A DNA stretch of 64,000 bases. It comes from Antedon mediterranea (taxonomy: Eukaryota; Animalia; Echinodermata). The stretch is taken from the NCBI RefSeq assembly GCF_964355755.1, contig NC_092670.1, positions 41,269,588-41,333,587 of the forward strand, in the 5' to 3' direction. The position numbers and the translations under genes are program-made. Below the pieces are notes generated by a model. The model worked only from the letters and a program-made list of their open reading frames with translations. It did not search any database and was not told where the DNA came from. Shown in pieces: positions 49,601-61,900 of the stretch; the stretch's first letter is position 1, and each line of letters begins with the position of its first letter.

Positions 49601-52299
49601 TGCTAATAAATGATACCAACAATTAGGTAATTACTTGTGCATATAGATCATTTCAATTTAAACACTTGAATCTAAAAAAATGATTATGTGATCAAAACTG
49701 ATTTGGCCATTTAACAAAATGTATGTGTAAGTAGTCTTACCCTCCTGAACTTTAGGTAATATAGCCAAAATTGAGATGCCAATGCACAATGCCATATTGA
49801 AAGATATAAAGAATTTGTTCTCACTACAGCTGTGAACTGCATCACCCTAATAATAAATAAACATATGGTATTAAAACAGAGTGCCAATCTACTAAATTAA
49901 CAAATGTTTTACATTATTTTTAAAACTAAAGCAGAATTAAAATGAAAAATGAAATTATTTACAATGTAGTAAACGTAGAAAAGGACGATTCCAGTGATGC
50001 AAATAGCATAGTTGATGATGGTGAAGAAAAGCAATCCTATAAATGGAAAAATATTTTGTTTAGCATACATATTAATTTAAATAAAAAAAATAATTTTGTT
50101 AATTAAATAGCATGTTACACTTTTAATCATCTAAACTTACCTGATATTAATCAATAAATATAAAGACTTACCACAGTACCAGTCTCTATTGACAATTTAA
50201 ATGATTGGAATCAACTTATTTTTCAAATTTGTAACCATTTAAAGACTAAAAACGTTATTGCAATAGGACCATATAGCATTTATTTTTACATTAAATGTAG
50301 TTTGTGACCTTAAATTAGATCTAAAAACATATAGAGACTTACCAAAGTACCAGCCTCTATTGTCGGTTTCTTCCACTTTGTCAACCCACTTTTCATTCCA
50401 AGTATGAGCAAAGTCAACAATTAATACCAACTGGACCAATATAAAAATGAAGGCTCCAACCAGACCAAAGTAACGCCAGACTAAGAAAGAAAGTTATAAC
50501 AATTAATACCAACTGGACCAATATAAAAATGAAGGCTCAAACCAGACCAAAGTAACGCCAGAGTAGTGATTATTCAATTAAGAGATGATTTGAATGCAAC
50601 ATCACCTTTATTCTTCACCTACCACAAGACATTTGATTATAAAATCAATGTTTAATTTTGTTTTATTAAACACAAATGTAAAATAAAACATAACAATTTA
50701 GTTTACAAGCAACACTAACCCTGTTCAAAATCACCAGATGGAATATAAAAAGCTCCAACCCAAAGACCAATCAGAGCAAGGAACTTGAAAAACCAGAATC
50801 TGTAGAAAAACAAATATTATAATCAAATAATTTACTTTGTTGTATTTTATGATTTGCTTGTGATAATTGTTGTCAGATGAGATCAGTCAAATTTTTAACT
50901 TAATGATTATAAGACAGACAGTAGCTGAAATACTGTTGTATATTTAGCTGTCCATAAAAAGTGTCCAGCAAGCAGTTGACGGTCAGCTGTCCACAGCAGC
51001 AAGCAGTTGACGGTCAGCTGTCCACAGCAGCAAGCAGTTGACGGTCAGCTGTCCACAGCAGGGGGTAGCACCCCACTTATCTATGCACTGTATGTACACA
51101 GGGTGTTCATCATCTGTGTTGATGCTACGGCTGTATCCAATTGCTGTTTCTTAGAACATACCCATTTTGTATTTTGGATCTGGGATCACCACTTGATTTT
51201 GTATTAAGCATGATCACAGCAAGCAAGAAGAAGAAACAAGCTAATCCAAAGCAAACACGGTAAACACCCGAGTATCCAGCAACTAGGTCACAATATTCAG
51301 ATCTTCCATCGTCACACACAAACCATAACTAATAACAAAATCAAATCAATATCAAATGAATAAGACCTTACAGCTTGTTCACAACATATATTTTCTTCAA
51401 TGAAAAAATTTTGATCTAAAATCTAGAAAAGTTTTATTTTGCCTGTAATGTATTGTTTTGTTGGTATAAAACAATTGCTGACAATTGATTATAAGGCAAG
51501 TGTGACTTTACTTACATCACTTAATTTCTCTCGCAATCCTGGTATCAACATTATGCAAGATGTGATGGCACCCAACAAGAGGAAAAAACCATAGACAAGA
51601 CGAGTTGATGTAGAGTTTTTGCATGAAGGGCATGCACTGCAACAGCAGCTACATGCTGCTGCACCACAACAACAGGCCAACTGCAAATAAAGTAGTTCAA
51701 TGTTTTTAATATTGATGCAGTCTACAGTATTTGTAAAATAATACAAATACATGTAACATTAATATTTACAGAGTGAGTGAGAAACAACACAAGTATAATA
51801 ATTCTCCGCATCCAAAATTGGAGCTCGTGTCTCTTGAAATGGTTTGGCATTGGCCTCTAATGTAGGTGTATTAAGCCTTAATAAAAAATAATACATTTTT
51901 ATGCGCCAAATGTTTATATAATTCATAAAATTTCATTTTGTACCATTTCACTTATTTATTAATCATGTTTATGTGACAAACAAAATGTGATGTGCCCACC
52001 ATGATGGACACGATGATGTCATAATATTTACTACTATAAATATTAATACCACTACTATTTGGGTACATACATAGATTAGATATTAAGGCTAGCTAGAGTC
52101 TAGGCCCAGGCTAGATAGTAAGCCTAGGCTAGACTACTTGCTCGCGAGTACGAGACAGTCAAGAAGGGTGTGTATTAACTATTATGCAAAAGGCCTCGGC
52201 CTACTAAATAATAAACATGGCGGCTTATTTTAATTATTTATTACCGCCTAGGCCTAGGCCTAGTTTACTTACTCCAGCCAGTGAGATAACACAACCCAT
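43661..52299 (-). CDS. SERINC1: Serine incorporator (SERINC1/3-like, TMS1 family)
   Basis: Exons (minus) 52299-52273, 51680-51516, 51328-51162, 50799-50720, 50481-50343, 50036-49963, 49846-49741, 49602-49510, 49232-49112, 49011-48963, [48666-48631, 48290-48264 optional], 45497-45458, 44066-43919, 43802-43661. Motifs [88 protein letters not shown]. Paralog number is not resolvable. Confidence 0.95.
44204..45361. repeat. 68-bp intronic minisatellite, ~17 copies
   Basis: Unit gagtccagcggcggccgatacaatcaagttgtttatagctactgtatgtctctctatttctaataaat. Confidence 0.97.
45806..45946. repeat. ~34-bp tandem repeat x4
   Basis: Unit aacatacaggtattttggggcctgttgttaggcc. Confidence 0.93.
46138..48250. repeat. 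132-bp intronic satellite, ~16 copies
   Basis: Unit ttaacattctaccaactattcaggggttaacccaagtaacaaagggtctacc...ccatccatccattcagacagactacagattcaaaaaccttg; abuts the donor of the 27-nt microexon. Confidence 0.97.
50964..51060. repeat. 31-bp tandem repeat x3
   Basis: Unit cagcaagcagttgacggtcagctgtccacag. Confidence 0.9.
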
Positions 52300-52489
52300 T
52301 TCTTGTTATGATATGACTACAATACACGGCAACCCAGACTAGATACTAGGAGGCTAGGCCTTCCTATTTAAACGTTTTATATACACAGTTCAGTACAGAA
52401 TAACTCAAGACAAAAATACAATGGCGAATAAAATACAGATGATGATGACGAATTTAGTTGTTGACTCACGTGACCGCAACGAATTATTT

Positions 52490-55326
52490 TAAGGTATGAC
52501 ATCATCAGGCAACACATCTTTCAGTATTAGTATTACAGTTTGTTTTTAAATCCCCCACCGATTCATTTTTTCCTATTTTTATTTCAACAATTGTACTTTT
52601 TAAAATTAAAATTGATAAAACAATACCGGTATTACAAATGATAAAACAATAATTATTACAAACCTCTCAAACAGTCGGGCAGCAAAGTGGTTGACCTCGC
52701 GAATTATTACCAAATCAAAATTTGAATTGCCGCCATCTTGGAATCGCGATAAAGCAAGTAGTGCGGAATTACAAAATGCAGCCAAAAAAAATGTCAATAA
52801 CATTTAAATAGCATATTCATACAATTAAATTTATATTAATAAAATTCAACTAAGGATTTTACGAAAGATAGGCTACTTAAGAAATACTGCCGAGATCGGT
52901 TCCCCCACACGGCGTAGGGTACCGCAGTGCTAAGGGGCCTAGGTAGGAAAAAATCTGATTTTACCTGTTAAACATGCTTGAACCAAGGCCATTTTAATAT
53001 ATATTATCCAGATTATATATCAAAACAAACTGATAAAAGGATTTGTTGATTTGCTTCTGATGAGAAAAGTGCCGGATTCATTTCGCTGACGGCGAATGAA
53101 TACACGAATTTTCGCCATTTTCTAGCACTAGCCTTGGGTACCCAGACAGCTGATAACGATTATATTCGATTGTCCAGACGTCTCTGCTACTGGTGCTCAA
53201 TACTACAGTATGTATTACTATGGACCTATAGGTCCATGGTATTACTGTACATATAGTACTGTATGTTTAGTTTTTGCTTTCTTTATGGCAAAATAAATAT
53301 TTAATTTTTATTATTGCTTATTTTGCTTTAACTTTATCCAAGAAGAAGTAAATATTATTATATATATGCATATTACAGTCAAGTTGCAACTGCCACGAAT
53401 CCACTCCACTTTGGTTACTAACTAAATAATTAATTAATAGTATAACATCATAACTAACAAACAAATTAACAAGTTAATAAATTAACCACCATTAAATAAT
53501 TTTATTTACAAAAAAGTATTTTACATACAGTATAACATGTAATATCTTATTTACATCGAAGTAAAATATGCCTATCAAACTATCTTGCTCAGGCTAAAAT
53601 ATCAAGTTATATATGTCAATATTTGAGTTAAATCATCGCGATAATAAAAATTTTTAGTTTTTTTTTATTTTTAAAGACATCTGTTACGTACATCAATTTA
53701 CAAATATCAAAATAGGATTGTTTTTGCAGCACAAGATGAATCACAAGTCGGATAGTTTATTCTTAGAAACCTGAAAGAAAAAAAAACACCAATAATGAGC
53801 TATTCATAGTTAAATAATTTTAATGTCAACTTTAGTCATCCTAAATTTTGTCGCCATGATCACTACTATACACAATACTGTATATATAAATATCATATGT
53901 ACGACCATCCAAATTACCTTATCCTACCTACAGTCCTTCCTAGCCTAGGCTACATTATTGTCATATATTTACAAACCTCCAACAGCCACAACGTATTTTC
54001 TTTTCTTTGGCAAAGAATTTCCCGTAATATAGTCCTAAATTAATTAAATAAAAAGGTCTAGGCCTTTCTTTAAATATCCGACGATATATATTATATCCAT
54101 AATCCAGTGGATATAGATTCAACATTTTAAACATAATAATAATATGGCTTCACATTGATTATAATAAGTCGGCGATATGCCACTAAAAACTAGCCTGCGG
54201 CCCTCTCTATCCGCCTACAAATAGCATTGGGTTTCCGTCAAATGGGCTAGGCCTAGCCTAGGCCTAGATAATACTAGAAGTTGGGTACATTTTTTTACAA
54301 CCAAATAATCTACAATTATATTGCAATATTTACCAAACTAGCACCAAATCCAAAATAAAAAAGCTACTAATAACATATTTTGGTATATTAACTGGTTTAA
54401 AAACGGATTGCACATAGTGATTTTGAAGGATTGAAATTACTCAACCACACGGCCTGTACTAAACATACGAATCCAAGATGGAGTCTGCTTAGAATATATC
54501 CCCAGCTTTGAACGGATATTGAATCCGTCCCACAAGCTGAACCAAGCTTAAACTTTCAGAAAAGATAGATTAATAACCTAATAACCAACCACTAAGTTTT
54601 TATAAAGGTTCCGTGCTGATGAGAAAAGTGCCGGATTCCCTACGAAACCAAACAAATAAATCATGTAGCCTACCTCAACGAACACCTCCATCTGCACTTT
54701 TTTCTTCAATAAGCTCTGTCGTCGTTTCCTGGGCTACTTATACCAAAATTTTGTGGCGGGAATAATCTTCCATATTAGGAGTAACAATTTCCAAATATAG
54801 AAAGATATAATTTAACCCGGATGGTGGAAATTGCAGCAGATTTGTAAGGGTATTCCCATGCAAAATGCTTGCCGCGAAGTGAAAAGCGAACCGGAAGTCA
54901 CTATAACTTGGCGATGCTCAGTGACCTGCGCAGTTAAAAAACAGCGTTTTAACGGTTAAATGAGCACTTTGCTGCTCGACTGCAAAATGAGTTCACCAAT
55001 ATTGGGAGGTTGTATAGAGGGCGCTAAAAGAAAAAAAATACATGAAAGATGTACTTGATATCAAAAACATGAAAAATGAAGATTAATAATATCAAGCCAT
55101 TTTGCAATTTTAATCAAGTTATTCACTTTTGTAAAAACAATTACTAACACACTCTGTCAGAACCATGGAGTTAATTATACCTCCAAGTATTTTTTGCTTT
55201 AAATAAGTTTTTTTAAAGTAAATTTTGTTTCGATCCAGTTTTGGTCAAAGTGTTATGTGAAATTAAAAATGACATTCAACAACAAAAAATTAACAAAAAT
55301 TAATTTTCAAGGGGACAACATAATCT
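52490..55326. mobile_element. Degenerate TIR element (possibly Kolobok-like) between SERINC and SLC20
   Basis: Ordered inverted blocks: acatctttca (52514)/tgaaagatgt (55043), tacaaacctc (52657)/gaggttgta (55007), cagtcgggcagcaaagtg (52672)/cactttgctgctcgactg (54965). Right end ggggacaacataatct|TTAA. Boundaries uncertain. Confidence 0.5.
53763..54691 (-). other. Spliced remnant or micro-ORF (27 aa) inside the degenerate element
   Basis: Canonical sites GAG|GTAGGC (54674), TTTAG|..G|GTTTGT (54034-53977) and TTTCAG| (53770) join to MEVFVEDYITGNSLPKKRKYVVAVGGF*. AATAAA near 53501. Confidence 0.3.
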
Positions 55327-55646
55327 TTAAAATAATAATAATAATCTTAAAATATTTGAGCGTGCCAAATGCGAACAATGCGCTGCCAACTATTATATTT
55401 TTTTCATTCTAGCTACATAATTGATGAAATAAAAACTAAAACAAAGCATTTTAAATAAAGGGGTTTTATTCAAGAATCTCAGAGCTTTACTCATCTATAT
55501 CCATAAGAAGCATAACGTGTCACCGAAAGCATGTACTGATATAACAATTAAGGGTCAGTTGAAATAATAAATAAAAAAATTGAAATTGATATACAATAAA
55601 ATGATAATGATGGTTACATCTGCACAACTGAATTTGATTAAAATAC

Positions 55647-55683
<37 letters not shown>

Positions 55684-55987
55684 CTGCCATAGAATTAATC
55701 TATATGCATATCTACCACCGCAGGAAATCCTACCTGCATATTATTATGTATTATTTACCACTGCACGTTGTGATGATAAGGGCTTTGTTGTTTCCAGTAT
55801 AATTATGTTTAATAACAATTATATTATTATTGACAATTTTACACTAGTATTAGCCATACGGAAGGGCCCGATTCTACTGGGTTTAGAGCGTTTATAATTA
55901 CTGTATTCTGTATTGTTATTATTGTGGCTATGTCATGGCCCATGATTGTTCAAAATATTTCAACCCGATCAATTGAATTCTTCTACC

Positions 55988-58900
55988 ATGTCGGTAAGTA
56001 TACTGTTCGTAAGTTCCTCGTGTGTACAAAATTAAAATATATGTACAATAATGTAGATTACAACAAATGGGATCGTGTCAATCTTGTCCAGTTAGAGGTG
56101 CTGACATTAGTTCTATTCTCGAGAATAGTAATCATGACTATTATTATTTGTACATGTAGATTACAACAAATGGGATCGTGTCAATCTTGTCCAGTTAGAG
56201 GTGCTGACATTAGTTCTATTCTCGAGAATAGTAATCGTGACTATTATTATTTGTACATGTAGATTACAACAATTGGGATCGGGTCAATCTTGTCCAGTTA
56301 GAGGTGCTGACATTAGTTCTATTCTCGAGAATAGTAATCATGACTATTATTATTTGTACATGTAGATTACAACAAATGGGATAGTGTCAATCTTGTCCAG
56401 TTAGAGGTGCTGACATTAGTTCTATTCTCGAGAATAGTAATCGTGACTATTATTATTTGTACATATAGATTACAACAATTGGGATCGTGTCAATCTTGTC
56501 CAGTTAGAGGTGCTGACATTAGTTCTATTCTCGAGAATAGTAATCGTGACTATTATTATTTGTACATGTAGATTACAACAATTGGGATCGTGTCAATCTT
56601 GTCCAGTTAGAGGTGCTGACATTAGTTCTATTCTCGAGAATAGTAATCATGACTATTATTATTTGTACATGTATATTACAACAAATGGGATAGTGTCAAT
56701 CTTGTCCAGTTAGAGGTGCTGACATTAGTTCTATTCTCGAGAATAGTAATCGTGACTATTATTATTTGTACATGTAGATTACAACAATTGGGATCGGGTC
56801 AATCTTGTCCAGTTAGAGGTGCTGACATTAGTTCTATTCTCGAGAATAGTAATCATGACTATTATTATTTGTACATGTAGATTACAACAAATGGGATAGT
56901 GTCAATCTTGTCCAGTTAGAGGTGCTGACATTAGTTCTATTCTCGAGAATAGTAATCGTGACTATTATTATTTGTACATGTAGATTACAACAATTGGGAT
57001 CGTGTCAATCTTGTCCAGTTAGAGGTGCTGACATTAGTTCTATTCTCGAGAATAGTAATCGTGACTATTATTATTTGTACATGTAGATTAAAACAATTGG
57101 GATCGTGTCAATCTTGTCCAGTTAGAGGTGCTGACATTAGTTCTAGTCTAGAGAATAGTAATCGTGACTATTATTATTTGTACATGTAGATTACAACAAT
57201 TGGGATCGTGTCAATCTTGTCCAGTTAGAGGTGCTGACATTAGTTCTATTCTCGAGAATAGTAATCATGACTATTATTATTTGTACATGTAGATTACAAC
57301 AAATGGGATCGTGTCAATCTTGTCCAGTTAGAGGTGCTGACATTAGTTCTATTCTCGAGAATAGTAATCGTGACTATTATTATTTTTACATGTAGATTAC
57401 AACAAATGGGATCGTGTCAATCTTGTCCAGTTAGAGGTGCTGACATTAGTTCTATTCTCGAGAATAGTAATCGTGACTATTATTATTTGTACATGTAGAT
57501 TACAACAATTGGGATCGTGTCAATCTTGTCCAGTTAGAGGTGCTGACATTAGTTCTATTCTCGAGAATAGTAATCACGACTATTATTATTTGTACATGTA
57601 GATTACAACAAATGGGATAGTGTCAATCTTGTCAAGTTAGAGGTGCTGACATTAGTTCTATTCTCGAGAATAGTAATCATGACTATTATTATTTGTACAT
57701 GTAGATTACAACAAATGGGATAGTGTCAATCTTGTCCAGTTAGAGGTGCTGACATTAGTTCTATTCTCGAGAATAGTAATCGTGACTATTATTATTTGTA
57801 CATGTAGATTACAACAAATGGGATAGTGTCAATCTTGTCCAGTTAGAGGTGCTGACATTAGTTCTATTCTCGAGAATAGTAATCGTGACTATTATTATTT
57901 GTACATGTAGATTACAACAATTGGGATCGTGTCAATCTTGTCCAGTTAGAGGTGCTGACATTAGTTCTATTCTCGAGAATAGTAATCGTGACTATTATTA
58001 TTTGTACATGTAGATTACAACAATTGGGATCGTGTCAATCTTGTCCAGTTAGAGGTGCTGACATTAGTTCTATTCTCGAGAATAGTAATCATGACTATTA
58101 TTATTTGTACATGTAGATTACAACAAATGGGATAGTGTCAATCTTGTCCAGTTAGAGGTGCTGACATTAGTTCTATTCTCGAGAATAGTAATCATGACTA
58201 TTATTATTTGTACATGTAGATTACAACAAATGGGATAGTGTCAATCTTGTCCAGTTAGAGGTGCTGACATTAGTTCTATTCTATTCTCGAGAATAGTAAT
58301 CGTGACTATTATTATTTGTACATGTAGATTAAAACAATTGGGATCGTGTCAATCTTGTCCAGTTAGAGGTGCTGACATTAGTTCTATTCTCGAGAATAGT
58401 AATCGTGACTATTATTATTTGTACATGTAGATTACAACAATTGGGATCGTGTCAATCTTGTCCAGTTAGAGGTGCTGACAGTTCTATTCTCGAGAATAGT
58501 AATCATGACTATTATTATTTGTACATGTAGATTACAACAAATGGGATAGTGTCAATCTTGTCCAGTTAGAGGTGCTGACATTAGTTCTATTCTCGAGAAT
58601 AGTAATCATGACTATTATTATTTGTACATGTAGATTACAACAAATGGGATAGTGTCAATCTTGTCCAGTTAGAGGTGCTGACATTAGTTCTATTCTCGAG
58701 AATAGTAATCGTGACTATTATTATTTGTACATGTAGATTACAACAATTGGGATCGTGTCAATCTTGTCCAGTTAGAGGTGCTGACATTAGTTCTATTCTC
58801 GAGAATAGTAATCATGACTATTATTATTTGTACATGTAGATTACAACAAATGGGATAGTGTCAATCTTGTCCAGTTAGTAGAGGTGCTGACATTAGTTCT

Positions 58901-61900
58901 ATTCTCGAGAATAGTAATCGTGACTATTATTATTTGTACATGTAGATTACAACAATTGGGATCGTGTCAATCTTGTCCAGTTAGAGGTGCTGACATTAGT
59001 TCTATTCTCGAGAATAGTAATCGTGACTATTATTATTTGTACATGTAGATTACAACAAATGGGATAGTGTCAATCTTGTCCAGTTAGAGGTGCTGACATT
59101 AGTTCTATTCTCGAGAATAGTAATCGTGACTATTATTATTTGTACATGTAGATTACAACAATTGGGATCGTGTCAATCTTGTCCAGTTAGAGGTGCTGAC
59201 ATTAGTTCTATTCTCGAGAATAGTAATCGTGACTATTATTATTTGTACATGTAGATTACAACAATTGGGATCGTGTCAATCTTGTCCAGTTAGAGGTGCT
59301 GACATTAGTTCTATTCTCGAGAATAGTAATCATGACTATTATTATTTGTACATGTAGATTACAACAAATGGGATAGTGTCAATCTTGTCCAGTTAGAGGT
59401 GCTGACATTAGTTCTATTCTCGAGAATAGTAATCATGACTATTATTATTTGTACATGTAGATTACAACAAATGGGATAGTGTCAATCTTGTCCAGTTAGA
59501 GGTGCTGACATTAGTTCTATTCTATTCTCGAGAATAGTAATCGTGACTATTATTATTTGTACATGTAGATTAAAACAATTGGGATCGTGTCAATCTTGTC
59601 CAGTTAGAGGTGCTGACATTAGTTCTATTCTCGAGAATAGTAATCGTGACTATTATTATTTGTACATGTAGATTACAACAATTGGGATCGTGTCAATCTT
59701 GTCCAGTTAGAGGTGCTGACAGTTCTATTCTCGAGAATAGTAATCATGACTATTATTATTTGTACATGTAGATTACAACAAATGGGATAGTGTCAATCTT
59801 GTCCAGTTAGAGGTGCTGACATTAGTTCTATTCTCGAGAATAGTAATCATGACTATTATTATTTTTACATGTAGATTACAACAAATGGGATAGTGTCAAT
59901 CTTGTCCAGTTAGAGGTGCTGACATTAGTTCTATTCTCGAGAATAGTAATCGTGACTATTATTATTTGTACATGTAGATTACAACAATTGGGATCGTGTC
60001 AATCTTGTCCAGTTAGAGGTGCTGACATTAGTTCTATTCTCGAGAATAGTAATCATGACTATTATTATTTGTACATGTAGATTACAACAAATGGGATAGT
60101 GTCAATCTTGTCCAGTTAGTAGAGGTGCTGACATTAGTTCTATTCTCGAGAATAGTAATCGTGACTATTATTATTTGTACATGTAGATTACAACAATTGG
60201 GATCGTGTCAATCTTGTCCAGTTAGAGGTGCTGACATTAGTTCTATTCTCGAGAATAGTAATCATGACTATTATTATTTGTACATGTAGATTACAACAAT
60301 TGGGATCGTGTCAATCTTGTCCAGTTAGAGGTGCTGACATTAGTTCTATTCTCGAGAATAGTAATCATGACTATTATTATTTGTACATGTAGATTAGGCC
60401 TACATCAAATGGAATCGTGTCAATCTTGTCCAGTTAGAGGTGCTGACATTAGTTCTATTCTCGAGAATAGTAATCATGACTATTATTATTTGTACATGTA
60501 GATTACAACAATTGCAGGGATAGAATGGATTCCTTCTTCTTCCACAATAAACACTATCCTTACTCAAGAAAAGCTGACAGAGGCTCTATGGATCGTTATT
60601 GTTGGATTCATCATCGGATTATTTCTTGCCTTTTTTATTGGTGCTAATGATGCTGCTAACTCATTCGGAACATCGTATGGAGCTAAAGCGTTAACTATAC
60701 ATCAGATTTGTATTCTTGGTTCAATATTTGAAACTCTTGGTGCCATGCTACTTGGAGCCGGTGTTTCGGAAACAATACGCAGTGGAATTATAGATGTTAG
60801 TTTATATGAAGGCCAAGAAACTGTTCTTATGCTTGGTCAAGTATCTGCCTTAATTGGTAAGTCGTAGGCCTACAATACCTAACCAAATAATAGTTTACAT
60901 TTAAATTAAATACATGCTTGGTCAAGTATCTGCCTTAATCGGTAAGTCGTAGGCCTACAATACCTAACCAAATAATAGTTTACATTTAAATTAAATACTA
61001 TGCTTGGTCAAGTATCTGCCTTAATCGGTAAGTCGTAGGTCTACAATACCTAACCAAATAATAGTTTACATTTAAATTAAATACTATGCTTGGTCAAGTA
61101 TCTGCCTTAATCGGTAAGTCGTAGGTCTACAATACCTAACCAAATAATAGTTTACATTTAAATTGAATACTATGCTTGGTCAAGTATCTGCCTTAATCGG
61201 TAAGTCGTAGGCCTACAATACCTACCCAAATAATAGTTTACATTTAAATTGAATACTATGCTTGGTCAAGTATCTGCCTTAATCGGTAAGTCGTAGGCCT
61301 ACAATACCTAACCAAATAATAGTTTACATTTAAATTAAATACTATGCTTGGTCAAGTATCTGCCTTAATCGGTAAGTCGTAGGCCTACAATACCTAACCA
61401 AATAATAGTTTACATTTAAATTAAATACTATGCTTGGTCAAGTATCTGCCTTAATCGGTAAGTCGTAGGCCTACAATACCTAACCAAATAATAGTTTACA
61501 TTTAAATTAAATACTATGCTTGGTCAAGTATCTGCCTTAATCGGTAAGTCGTAGGCCTACAATACCTAACCAAATAATAGTTTACATTTAAATTAAATAC
61601 TATTCTTGGTCAAGTATCTGCCTTAATCGGTAAGTCGTAGGCCTACAATACCTAACCAAATAATAGTTTACATTTAAATTAAATACTATTCTTGGTCAAG
61701 TATCTGCCTTAATCGGTAAGTCGTAGGCCTACAATACCTAACCAAATAATAGTTTACATTTAAATTAAATACTATGCTTGGTCAAGTATCTGCCTTAATC
61801 GGTAAGTCGTAGGTCTACGTACAATACCTAACCAAATAATAGTTTACATTTAAATTAAATACTATGCTTGGTCAAGTATCTGCCTTAATCGGTAAGTCGT

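Noticed and set aside
55580-55897. 105-aa ORF with poly-Ile
   Set aside because: Produced by an (ATT)n microsatellite in AT-rich DNA.
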